Of a DNA stretch of 64,000 nucleotides, positions 13,801 to 24,947 are shown piece by piece. The notes beneath the pieces are model-generated. The model was not told where the DNA came from, did not search any database, and saw nothing but the letters and a program-made list of their open reading frames with translations. Positions within the stretch are counted from its first letter, which is position 1. Each line of letters opens with the position of its first letter. This DNA is from Podarcis melisellensis (lineage: Eukaryota). Made by a program: the position numbers and the translations under genes. The stretch lies in NCBI GenBank assembly GCA_964234715.1, contig OZ174276.1; one strand, 5' to 3'.

Positions 13801-16800
13801 TGATTATAGTAGACTTGTGACTTCTTGCCCTGACTGGCCGAAGCCAGAAGTTCTTGGATTTGTTTCTTAAAAGACTTTCTTTCAAATGCACAAGTTGATG
13901 CAATCAAAGTCTATTGTTCAATCAAAGCTAGAGGTTGCATAACAGCTTTAAGACTTTGCCTGATGAAGAGATTGCTCTAAGCAGCTGTTGATAAGATTAA
14001 TCAAGAAAGAAAGATAACTGTGAATGGATTTACAGATAGTGTGATCAGCATTGTGTTCCTCACACAAAGAAAGGTGCAAGCAAGTTGTGAAATTTCATGT
14101 ATTCCCAAATTTTGTATTAGCTAGGGTGAGAGAAAACTCAAGAGTATAAGAGGAATTCAGTAGTTGAGCAAAACCTATAAGCTTTGTAACATTACTTGTA
14201 TCTCACCAGCTTAGAGGCATTGTTAGTGGGTGGTTTGCTAGACCAGATGGGTGGAATATATATATATGTTTAGAGGTGGCAGTGGTGTTGGAATTGGGTA
14301 TTTGGTTACCTGGTGCAGCCAGTGAGGCAGAGTGAGACACATGACTTGCCTGTTGTTGAGTGGTAACTTGGGGGTAGGAGTTTACATGTCCTTACTGGTG
14401 GTGATAACTTGGTGGTGGGAGATGCTAACTTGCAAGTAGATCTAGTCAGAGTAACTCTGAAAGTGTTGTAGTCCCAGTCAAGTTCTTGCTGTAACTTATT
14501 TCTGCAGTAGCTCCCAGATCTGGGAAATTAATGGCCTGTTCTGGATTGAGTCTGACTCCTTCTTGAAAGAGTAGGTTCATAGCCTGGGAATGCTACGTGA
14601 GTCGTCTCTCTAATTGGAGGCCCAAGTAGCTTCAGAGGCGAGGAGTAGCTGGTTTGTTGGCTACAGTCATTCTTGGTTTGGGATAGCCTCACCACAGTTT
14701 TGCATGCTCTGGCAGCCACCTATCTCAACTACTCTAATGTGCTGTTCCTAGGGTTATCCTTGATGAACGCTTTCTGGAAATTGCAGCTAGTGCAGAATGC
14801 ATTGGTGAAATCTGATGGAGCACCTCTTTGCATACCAGCCTGCCTGGGCATTGAGTTCAGCGTAGGAGGCTTTACTCTCCATTCCCTCAATGGTTGCGCC
14901 TTCTTGAGGGTTGTTCCCTGCCTTTAGGACTCATTCCCTGGAGGCACAGTTGGCTGTCTAGTTGACGTGTTCCCATTGTCATGGGAAAAGATTTCTGTTC
15001 ACCCAAGCTTTACAGTGGATTTGATTAGCTTGCTCTGGATCAGAGGTGTTTGTTGCTGTTCCAGTTTAATATGCTTATGCTGTGCTTTTTAATGAACATA
15101 GGTTTTCACTTCTGTGTTCATTTTATTAAATAGTGTATATTGGCAAAAGGGGGTCTTTAAATAGTGGAAATAAGCTAAATTACGCATTTTCTGAATTGTT
15201 AACACAAGTTGATTGTAAAATGAATTTGCTTAAATTTTGAATTTATTTGATTATGCTAAGGTAAGGAATTCTAGCATAATTAGTGTAATCATTTTGATTT
15301 TCAACACTGATAATTATTTCTAGATCAAAATTTCTACCATAGGCCAGAGACCTTTTAAATTTCTTGTTAAAAAGTAAATGGAGTCCTAAAACAGTGTTAC
15401 CTTTTTCAGGGATGAAGATATGGATGGGGAGTGGGAGGCACCTCAGATTGCAAATCCCAAATGTGAATCTGCCTCTGGTTGTGGTGCTTGGCAACGTCCC
15501 ACAATTGACAATCCCAACTATAAAGGCAAATGGAAAGCACCCATGATCGATAACCCTAACTACCAGGTAAATTATCTAATATTACAAATTATATTTCATA
15601 CTCCTATTTCAGGGTACATTCTTTGTATTCTGCTACTTTTTTCAGCTATTTAAGACTAAACTATGATCTGGTTAACACATAACACAGAGTCATGGTTTGT
15701 TTAGCCAGAGATGATTTCTGAATCTAGCACATCAACAAACCACAGTGTGCAGTGGTTTATTGGCTAATAAAATATAGCATTTTTAAACTATGGTCTCTTG
15801 TTTTGTCCAAACCAAAGGGCCTCACTTACCCATGGATTGTTTGGCTATGCCACACAAAAAACTTGCCAAGATACAGAGGCATAAGGCATAGAGCAATTGA
15901 AAATCATTTTGGCTAAACAAGCTTGGGGTATCATTATGTGCAAATACAGCCGTTACATGTCGTAGTCTAAGAGCAGGATAGAATTAAAATACTTCCAACA
16001 ATGTTTTACTGATGTGTGCCTGAATTTTCCAGGAAAGGAAGCTAAGTGGGTTAAAAAACAACAACACACACATACATACATAAAGTCCTTATTTGAATTT
16101 AGACCTGTATCTATCTCCATATAAGAGAGTTTCTATCTACAGGATCTAGGCAGTGGTCTTTCACAACCCTGCTTCCTGGAGATGGGAAAAGCTGAACCTG
16201 GGATTTTCTCCATACACAGCATGTGCTCTGCCATTGCTCTGTGGACAGACAGCTGCTGCAGAAGTGGGGAAAATAGCAAAACAAGAAACAAAGGGAAATA
16301 ACAGTACATTGTATATATAGATGTTCAATAAGATTGTGAATATAAGCCAAGAATAAAATGAAGTATTCTAATCTGTTCAGAAATCTCTGAAGGGTCATTA
16401 AAATGAATTCTTGTGTTATAATTGTTCTGTTTCTTCATCAGGGCATCTGGAAGCCAAGGAAGATTCCAAACCCAGATTTCTTTGAAGACTTGGAACCTTT
16501 CAGGATGACCCCCTTTGCTGCTCTTGGGCTTGAGTTATGGTCTATGACCTCTGACATATTATTTGATAATTTCATCATCTGTACAGATCGGGCAGTGGCA
16601 GATGACTGGGGTAATGATGGATGGGGTCTGAAGAAGGCAGCTGATGGCGCTGCTGAGGTGAGAAATAAAAGCTTTGTTTGTGACAACAAGCAGGATAACA
16701 GACTAGAATCCAAATGTTGTTATTTAATTAGATTTGTATACTGCCCTATACCTACAGGTTTCAGGATAAAATTGGAATATAAAGCCGCAAAATACATAAT

Positions 16801-18650
16801 CAAAATAAAAACAAGGACAACCCAATAACCCCTTCAACACATTTTATAAGGGCATAGGATGTCAACCAACCAAAGGCTAGGTTAAAAAGAAACGTTTTTG
16901 CCTGGCGTCTAAAGGTGTATAATGAAGGTGCCAGATGAACCTCCCTGGGGAGAGCATTCCACAGACGCGGAGCCCGTTCTCGTGTTGCCACCCTCCAGAC
17001 CTCTTGTGGAGAAGGCACATGAAGAAGGGCCTCAGAATATGATCTTAGGGTCTGAGTATGGAAAGAGGTGGTCATTGATGTATTGTGGTTGTGAGCCGCT
17101 TTAAGGCTTTATAGATCAAAACAAGCACTTTGAATTGGGCCCGGAAACTAATTGGTAGCCAGTGCAGTTGGACCACGATCGGTGTAATATGCGCAACCTT
17201 AGTTCGGTGAGCAACCTTGCTGCTGAATTCTGCACTAGCTGAAGTTTCCAAACTGTTTTCAGAGGCAGCCCTACGTATAATGCATTGCAGTTATCTAACT
17301 TTGAGATTACCAGAGAATAGACAACAGTAGTTGGGCTATCCCTGTCCAGTTTAGCTGGACCCCCAGCCAAAGCTGATGGAAGGCACTCTGCGCCACAGAG
17401 GGCACCTGAGCCTCAAGTGACATCAAAGGATCCAGGAGTACCTCCAAACTATAAACCTGCTCCTTCAGAGGAAGTGTAACTCCATCAAGAACAGGTGATC
17501 TCCCACCCATCCGGTCTAGGGAACAACCTACTAACACTGCCTCAGTCTTACCTAGATTGAGTTTTGGTTTGTTTGCTCTCATCTGGTCCATTATCGAGGC
17601 AAGACACCCGTCCAGTACTTCCACTGCCTCACCTGCAGATATAAAGGCGAAATAGAGCTGAGTGTCATCAGCATACTGCTGACAATGTACTCCAAACCTC
17701 TTTCTGTTCTTTGGTCATTAACAGATTTGTATGTCTTTTTTGAGCTAATAAACACACAGATCCCACTTTACAAATGTTCCCTATGCGAACATTCATATCG
17801 AAACATGAGGAATTAGTACCCAAACCTTGCTATGCACACTGCAGATTCAGACATTTGAATAGAGAGCATTTTTTACTTCTTTGTTTACCTTTTGCTGGTT
17901 GGCTGAAGAATGGGGAGGTGTGATTGGACAGAACACATAGCTTCTTTCCTGGGTTTTCCTGGGCTTTTTGGCTTGGAGGGGGGACAAAATTCCATGGTTG
18001 GGTGATTGTTAGATCTCTTAGGCAGCTATATTGCCTCATAATCACTGCTAAGTACAGAGAACTTCATAGATTTTGATTTGTCTTCCAGCCCGGTGTTGTG
18101 GGTCAGATGATGGCAGCTGCTGAAGAGCGTCCCTGGCTTTGGGTAGTCTACATCCTTACTGTGGCTTTGCCTGTGTTTCTTGTTGTCCTCTTCTGCTGCT
18201 CTGGAAAGGTGTGTGTTTTGGAAACAACTGGTTTCCAAAGTATGTTGAGTAGGATTGGAATTGGAAGTGAATAGTCTCTGAGAAACTTACTTGTGGAATT
18301 CCTACAACTGTTTCAGAAACAGCCAAGTGCTGCAGAGTACAAAAAGACTGATGCTCCTCAGCCAGATGTAAATGAGGAAGAGAAAGTGGAGGAAAAAGAC
18401 AAGGGAGAAGCAGCAGAAGAAGAAATACATGAAGAAAAGCCAGGTAAGCAAAGTTGATGATATTCACTAGTCCCAAAATCACTAAAGCTTTATCCTTATA
18501 AAGTTACATATTTTAAAATTTGAAGCCTAATGTTGAATTGGAGAGTAGGCAGCAAAAAACACAAGTATCCTGTAAATAATAGTAATAAAACCTTTTTGCA
18601 CACTTCAGAAGAAAAGCAGAGAGGTGATGGTGATGCAGGAAGTGCTAGTC

Positions 18651-18681
<31 letters not shown>

Positions 18682-19898
18682 AGACGAAGATGAAGAAGAT
18701 AGCAAACCTATTACAGAGGTAAGGGGTTTTTTTAATTACAAAGTGTTGCACTAGAGCAAGCCTGGAGGTGGTAACCTGTTTATAAGAGCAGCCAGCAATG
18801 CAGTGCTTCCTTAAATATGAATTGCAACCTCAGTGCCATCAGTTGATGGGATCATTTCACTTCATAACCTAGGGAATCAGTTTTGTGAATTCTGAAAAGC
18901 CAATGTAACCTTCAAATAAATTTTGAAAAACTTGTGCGAATGGGATAAACACAGTTCCGTTGATATGCGTATTGTAGTTTAAATAAGTGGATCCTAGTCC
19001 AGGGTTGAAGAATTCATGGCCCTCTAGATGTTGTTGGACTCAAAACACCCATCAGCCACTGGCAGAGGAAGAGGAGTGCGGGGGGAGCGCACCGCCCCTG
19101 GCAGCGCGATCCCATTGGGGTGCCATTGCGGCTGCCCTCCGGCCCGCACTGGTTGCCACGCCCCTGCAGGCAGCGTGCCACGCCCCCACTTGCTCTCTGC
19201 CCCCCCCCACCCGGTGTCGGAGCATGAAGCTCCACCACTGCCATCATCCCCAATGGTCATAGGAGCTGTAGTCCATCAATATCTAGAGGGCCACAGATTC
19301 TGCATCCTTTATCTAGTGCAACCTGCTTGCTAGTACAGGAAATGCAGCACTACAGCATCAAAAAGAAAGAAAGATGGAGAACCAACTTTCTTCCATGGCT
19401 GCTTTCTGTTGGATAATCCACTATCATAGACATTATGCCAACCAATCACAGCTGCTCAATATTTTTTTTCGGGGGAAGGCATTACAGTTCAATTGAAGAA
19501 CATAAGCTTTAAATGTTTTTCTTTTTCTTCTTGGTTCTAATGTATTTATGTGGAAGTGTTGTCTGTATGTCTGTTGGAATGTCCTGGGCAAGATAAAAGG
19601 AACTGACAAATTCAATAAATAATAATAGATGACCATCTAACCTGTTTTAAGAAACCTCAAACCAAGATGGGCTTTTCCACTGTTGAACAGTTCATATCTT
19701 CCAGAAGTTCTTCCTAATGTTTTGTTCAAATCCCAGTGAATAACTTCAAAGATACTTTCTCATTGCTTTCTAAAGCTAAGAGGAAATTGAACACAGGAAG
19801 TGACTTCATATTTATGTAAGAGTTGTGTTCTTTTACCTTTACAGGAGGAAGAAACTGTGAATAGATCCCCCAGAAACAGAAAACCAAGAAGAGATTGA
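4650..19898 (+). CDS. CANX: Calnexin, complete spliced CDS (14 coding exons, 1827 nt, 608 aa)
   Basis: Exons 4650-4838, 6620-6693, 7467-7525, 8547-8688, 9300-9381, 10365-10557, 10824-11013, 12927-13040, 15410-15566, 16442-16657, 18089-18208, 18317-18443, 18609-18718, 19845-19898; all GT-AG with matching phases. Signal peptide, [29 protein letters not shown]-domain repeats KPEDWDE, TM helix with juxtamembrane CC, and C-terminal RKPRRD ER-retention motif. Confidence 0.98.
5704..5892. mobile_element. Tc1/mariner-type MITE
   Basis: Termini cagtggtacct / aggtatgactg flanked by TA; internal tgcgcatgcg palindromes. Confidence 0.7.
6620..6693 (+). CDS. CANX: Calnexin coding exon 2
   Basis: cag|[25 protein letters not shown]|gtaag. 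Confidence 0.96.
7467..7525 (+). CDS. CANX: Calnexin coding exon 3
   Basis: tag|[19 protein letters not shown]|gtgag. Confidence 0.96.
7723..7838 (+). mobile_element. 5'-truncated tRNA-derived SINE with a CR1-type 3' tail
   Basis: B-box-like gggttcaagtccc followed by gactagatga...gtcccttcc...attctaagattc (CR1 tail). Confidence 0.7.
8547..8688 (+). CDS. CANX: Calnexin coding exon 4
   Basis: tag|[48 protein letters not shown]|gtaag. Confidence 0.96.
9300..9381 (+). CDS. CANX: Calnexin coding exon 5
   Basis: tag|[27 protein letters not shown]|gtaag. Confidence 0.96.
10365..10557 (+). CDS. CANX: Calnexin coding exon 6
   Basis: aag|[31 protein letters not shown]...KKTHLYTL|gta. Confidence 0.96.
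10824..11013 (+). CDS. CANX: Calnexin coding exon 7
   Basis: tag|[13 protein letters not shown]...[22 protein letters not shown]|gtgag. Confidence 0.96.
11971..12332 (+). mobile_element. Sauria SINE (full length, older copy)
   Basis: ggggacgcgggtggc 5' end, tRNA-like head, (acctt) tail; TSD-like aagagctYct at 11961-11970 and 12335-12344. Confidence 0.88.
12927..13040 (+). CDS. CANX: Calnexin coding exon 8 (P domain)
   Basis: tag|[38 protein letters not shown]|gtaag. Confidence 0.96.
14680..15000 (+). mobile_element. Degraded L2 LINE fragment
   Basis: [11 protein letters not shown]...WKLQLVQNA motif of the L2 ORF2 C-terminus. Confidence 0.55.
15410..15566 (+). CDS. CANX: Calnexin coding exon 9 (P domain)
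   Basis: cag|[52 protein letters not shown]|gtaaa. Confidence 0.96.
16442..16657 (+). CDS. CANX: Calnexin coding exon 10
   Basis: cag|[20 protein letters not shown]...[18 protein letters not shown]...KKAADGAAE|gtgag. Confidence 0.96.
16720..17700 (-). mobile_element. 5'-truncated L2-clade LINE (RT C-terminal half and 3' tail)
   Basis: [11 protein letters not shown] (YADD at 17664-17675), [60 protein letters not shown]; frameshifted. Confidence 0.9.
18089..18208 (+). CDS. CANX: Calnexin coding exon 11 (transmembrane helix)
   Basis: cag|[40 protein letters not shown]|gt. Confidence 0.96.
18317..18443 (+). CDS. CANX: Calnexin coding exon 12 (cytosolic tail)
   Basis: cag|[23 protein letters not shown]...EEKP|gtaag. 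Confidence 0.94.
18609..18718 (+). CDS. CANX: Calnexin coding exon 13 (acidic tail)
   Basis: cag|[37 protein letters not shown]|gtaag; NAGNAG acceptor. Confidence 0.92.
18998..19306. mobile_element. Palindromic hAT-like MITE carrying a GC-rich internal insert
   Basis: tggccctctagatgttgttggact ... agtccatcaatatctagagggcca inverted ends; same family as 55167-55303. Confidence 0.6.
19845..19898 (+). CDS. CANX: Calnexin last coding exon
   Basis: cag|[20 protein letters not shown]. Confidence 0.95.
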   Translation, partial: EEETVNRSPRNRKPRRD

Positions 19899-22790
19899 AA
19901 TATCCTAAAAACTTGATCTGATTAATTTTCCCCAACATGGTTTTGGGAGAGGACCTTGGATACCTTTTGCTGAAACTCAAATTAAAAAAAAACCAACCTC
20001 AGACTTCACCATCCACAGGTTCCTGTCAAATGCTCTCCAGTGTAAATGAGTGTTAGCAGTAAAATATTCGCAATTGTGTTTTTAAATAGAGTATTCCTGT
20101 AGAAAAAGAATGCATTTAACACAACCCAGCTAAGAATTTCTGGAATGTTACAATAACTAACATTTTTTTGTTTTGAAAATTTTTGTTTTTGAATAGAATG
20201 ATAGAATTGCCAGTCTCAAAACCTTGGCTCAACTTAATGTATTAATCTATCAATGGAAATGAACAGCAAACCTTAGAAAAATGCTTGGTATACAATTTTT
20301 ATATGTTTATTTTTTCTTATTTTTCTTTTTTCTTTTACCAAAATGAACATACTTATACACCACAGTTCCCTTAGTTTGATCATGTCAAAGTATGCTGGTC
20401 AGTTATGTTAAAACTTGTACTTCAGTCAGATAGGAGAGAGAGAGCTCAAATCCATTTCAAGAAACTATTATAAAGTGCTTAAATAACTTTCCTTCTTATT
20501 GGAGGAAGGGCACAATGAGGCCATGAAATACATATATTGGTCATGGGTACTGCCCAGTGAAAACAGTATTCATAATCAACTTGAATTTGAGAGTAAGTTC
20601 TGGTTTAGGTTACTAAGACTGAGACTGGATTTAGCCCTTGGAATTCTTATTCAGTATAGAATTTATTTTCATGGTGTTTGGTTTTTTTCATTTGGTTTTT
20701 TGTTCTTTTTTTAAACAATCCCCCCCATGGTTTTAAAACTAATTCCTCCTGTTCTAGCTTCTGCTGCTGCTATGCAGTTTGTTCAGAATGCAGCTTAGCT
20801 GCTATAGAATGCATATGCTCAGTTCATTAAATCTGTTTGTGATGTGTGTTTTTAATCTCAAAGGTAGAACTACTTTCTGGGGTCCAAACACTGTGGATAG
20901 TACAGTGTTGCTAACATTCTCATTATTGCCATTGTATGTACATTCATGCGCAGAGATGAAGCAAAGGCAAGCCAATCTAAAGATTTGCACCAAAAGCAGA
21001 TGTCAGTATTTTGCGGCTAAGGAAGGAGCATGTGAAAGCTTCCCGGGTATATGTACCATTTTGAGACTCAATCTGCTCTTCATGTATCAAACTATATTGT
21101 TAATGTAGGGGGTTCCAATTCCAGCTGAATAAATTTTTTAAAAATGTGTTGCATTTTGTATCTAGCAATTGTAATCCCTTTTTTGTGGAATACACACTCT
21201 GCCTCTAAAGATAAAATGTAATTCTGTGCTGTTGTATTGGAAGACTAGGGGGTTGGGAAGAAAGTAAATAAGCTTTTGGGCAAAACTACTGTATGTGCAC
21301 TGAATAGAAACACTCCAGATTTTTATGTGTGGATAAGAGGTTCTCAAAGTCACAGAGGTTTTGCTTCTTTAAGGTATGATTTTCACATTCAAATTTCCAT
21401 ATATGCTTTTCAGGTATGCTTCCTGGCACCTGGTTTGTTTGTTTTTCCTCAATAGTGTTGCTGTTCTCATTGGAGGCTACAGAGTTCACAGGCTTAATTA
21501 ACTCCTTTTAGCTGTTTAGGCAGCTGATAAAAAGAACTTGCTTCCATAGCTGCCTCTTCTGTTTCCCCCTCACATGGTAGACTTGCAGTGCCCCATTCAA
21601 CACCTCAGTTTGTGCTAATTGTAACATACTTTATTTAATGCTGTGTGTCATGTGAACAATCTTAAGTTATTCTTTATTTCTGGTGTGTTCCTCTTTCTCC
21701 AGACTGTGAGGGAAGTTTTCTTTTGAAAGTCATAAGGCAATCCTTAATTTGAAGCTAAAAGTAATATATTTTTGGCATTTGTGGGACCTCTTCAGAATAT
21801 GCCTGTATGCATCTTTTGGCTTTTTTTATATCAGTGAAATTTGCAAAGCACTACATCATTTTTATCAATTGTTTTAAATGTACTGCTTAAAGACTTTGAG
21901 CCTGGTGTGTAATTGTGAACCCATATTAAGAAATATTCCACACGAGAGGGTTGCCCCATCAACAATTTCAGATTAAAGCACGAATTTGCATATTATGGAG
22001 TAAGTTGAAGTTTCCAAATAATTTGAGGTTCTTATTCTATCTGACTTGAAGATGATTATTTTTGTTTGTTTGAAGACAACATTCAGCTGTAGGAAATCTT
22101 TTATTGCCAACACAGATGAATTTATAGTGGGGAAGAAGCTGAATCCTAAAACTGCATTGGTACCTTGATAAGACTTCTAAAGGAAAAGTTTCTCTTTCAA
22201 AGAGGATGACTTCAAGGTTAATGGGATGTTAGGCTACCTATTTGGCTTTTTATTTTATGTAAAAGATAAAACTGCATTCAAGCAATTTCAGATCTATCTG
22301 TATTAATGTGTTGAGTAAAAGGTAGATGATTTTAAGCAAGGTAATGCTATACAATGAAAAAGTGGTTTTTCATAGGATATTTACACTGCAAACTTGCTTA
22401 AATTTTAAAATGCTGATGCTAAAATCCACTGAGATGTGGATGTTACAGATGCCTGGAGTCTTGTGCAATTAGCCATGAATGGGGAAAGGTATCTTGGATC
22501 TTCAGTGCTTGGTTCCACTTAATCTGTGGCAGTAAATATGGTGCTAGACTAATTTCTTGGCACCTTGCTGCCTTCTCTTCACTATAGTTTTCTAAATGCC
22601 AGTATTGCCTCCATACAAGTTTCAGATGCAAACCCCTTAAGTGTTGGTAAACAAGACTGTGACTTTCTTTAAAAAGTCCTGACTGTTATTAAAAAATCTA
22701 AAGATGCGGTATGCATATAAATATATTGGTTAAGTTATAAACAAATGTAAGCTTGCTCTGATTAATAAAGAAACTTAAATCACCATTTTG
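19899..22790 (+). other. CANX: CANX 3' UTR with proximal (AATAAA 21128-21133) and distal (AATAAA 22764-22769) poly(A) signals
   Basis: AU-rich, repeat-poor sequence after the stop; two canonical hexamers, each followed by U/GU-rich sequence. The end coordinate is approximate. Confidence 0.6.
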
Positions 22791-23614
22791 CTACTGTCTA
22801 GTTTGCTATATTTTTATCTTTCAAAGTTCAGCTGATCTAAGGGCAGAGGATTCCTGCAAATGCTAAAGAAAAATCTAGGCTTCTTGGGGCAAAGATTTTC
22901 AGAGACAAAATAAGTACTGGAAGACATTACCGTCATACAAAAGGCACAACAGTAAAATGTTCTCCATTCTCTTATGTGCCACTGAAATACCTTGAGTTAC
23001 AAAAAGTTACAAAAATGGAATAGTTCAAGTAAGTTGCACCTTGTTTTCAACCCTGGTCATCAAAATGCAGTGGCTTGGCTTGTTCATATAGGTTTTTAAA
23101 GATTGATTTGTTTTAGCATTAGCAGTTGTGGACATGGCAGGATTTTAATCTCCCATAACCTTTGTAGAACTGGCTACAGATAAAATTGCCTGAAAACTAA
23201 CTAAACTCTAATCCGTATTTGCAAGGTTTCATTGCTTAGTCACATCAAAGCAATCACCACACCTTCAAAGACATTTGGGATGTTAATGTGACGTGTCTCC
23301 CCACCCCCCCAAGGTAACTGACTAGTCTGGGAGTAAGTTGTCTTATTTTGTCCAATTATTATCTTACAGGCTTAATTAAAGCTCAACACTTCTAGGTCAT
23401 TATTTTGTGTAGTGTTCCAGAATTGGTGGCTTCCAATGCTTAACTGAAAATCCGACCAGAATTTTCACTCCAAAAAGTTTGCTTTTTCTTCTCTCTAGTA
23501 CCTTGTTCAAGTGAATTGCATGAGACTAGTTCAATGTTTTACATTCCTTGGTTTTAGCGGGGTGGGGCGTAAGGTGGGGTAGTGTTGCCTAAATGGTAAA
23601 ATGTCTTGATAAAA

Positions 23615-23830
23615 AGTCAAAACAGAATAAAAAAATTCCTTCCAGTAGCACCTTAGAGACCAACTAAGTTTGTCATTGGTATGAGCTTTCCTGTGCATGC
23701 ACACTTCTTCAGATACACTGAAACAGAAGTCACCAGACCCTTACATACAGTGAGAGGGTGGGGAGGGGTATTACTCAGAAGGGTGGTGAGAATGGATGAT
23801 TGGCTGATAGGTGTGGTAAACCTGTTGTCT
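23615..23830 (-). mobile_element. Penelope-like retroelement terminal fragment with a minimal hammerhead motif (23679-23716)
   Basis: agtagcaccttagagaccaac...atgagctttc..tgcatgcacacttcttcagatac; minus strand reads GUAU-CUGAAGA-A-GUGUGCAUGCACAG-GAAA-GC-UC-AUAC. Confidence 0.75.
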
Positions 23831-24297
23831 ACTTCATAAAAGTCAGAAGTTCTTGTTTGTTTGCTTCTGTGACTAGAGCTTCCAAATTTCCAGAGCCTAC
23901 AAAAGAAATGTTTTTGCTGCTGGCAGCTGTGTTTTCATTCCTGTGTTGAACCACTGTATTGCCCAATTAATGAAGTATTTTGACAGTAAAACTATCAGAC
24001 CCATACAGCTGCACAAAAAGTATTTAATCTTTGGATTGTGGCCTTGCCCTTCTTCATGGCAGGGAGCAGAAAGAAGTATCAGTTGCTGCGCAGGCTTTTC
24101 CCACACAGGCATCCAATCGGCTGTGCTGGACTTGATGGGCCACTGGGCTGATCCAGCAGGATTCTTATGTTCTGAAGAATAATTGGGCTGGGGAGTTGAC
24201 TAAATTATCTGTCCTGCTGTAGCGAGAGAGGCATAAAGCCTACAGATTTTGTGTGCTGCTTTTGCTATGCATCAAAAGCCTCAATCCTAAAATGGTA

Positions 24298-24513
24298 CAA
24301 AAAAATTCCTTCCAGTAGCACCTTAAAGACCAACTAAGTTAGTTCTTGGTATGAGCTTTCGTGTGCATGCACACTTCTTCAGAAGAAGTGTGAAGCAGTG
24401 TGCATGCACACGAAAGCTCATACCAAGAACTAACTTAGTTGGTCTTTAAGGTGCTACTGGAAGGAATTTTTTTGTTTTGACTATGGCAGACCAACACGGC
24501 TACCTATCTGTAA
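24298..24513. mobile_element. Penelope-like inverted terminal pair (79-bp perfect palindrome arms) with a 12-bp TSD
   Basis: Arms 24297-24375 and 24397-24475 are exact reverse complements; cctaaaatggta is duplicated at 24286-24297 and 24514-24525. Confidence 0.85.
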
Positions 24514-24939
24514 CCTAAAATGGTAGGCATTTTGCTTTAAATGAATTGTGGGCGAGAATTCTACATTTTTAATCTTGGCCTTAAGCTTTGTATAATACTC
24601 TGTTAAGTAACGAGTTGTTGCTTCTTTTTTTCAGGCCAAGGAGACTACCACTAAGTCACTCTTTCAAGTACTTCACCATCTCTCCCTTCTTTGGTAGGCG
24701 GAGCGGCCGCGAAGTTCCAGCTTCTATCACCTTTTAATCACACCTAAAGCCCCGCCCTTTACCCACTTCCGGAAAGGGCGGGGTGGCGTGGGGGAGGGGA
24801 AAAGAAGAGATCAGAGGCGGAGGGGAGGGGGAAGGGAGCTCTGTCTCGTCTTTCCACCCACCCACCCCTCTTCCGATCTCGCGTCCGATAGGCTTGCCCT
24901 GCTGTTTGTTAAACCCCGTGAGCAATGAGTGCGGGGCCG

Positions 24940-24947
24940 TGACGTCA
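24940..24947. promoter_or_regulatory. Full palindromic CRE (CREB/ATF site)
   Basis: TGACGTCA inside the CpG island, ~90 bp upstream of the YY1 motif. Confidence 0.55.

Noticed and set aside
13960-13990. cctgatgaagag hammerhead-like half core
   Set aside because: No stem II or GAAA downstream; at most a decayed remnant.
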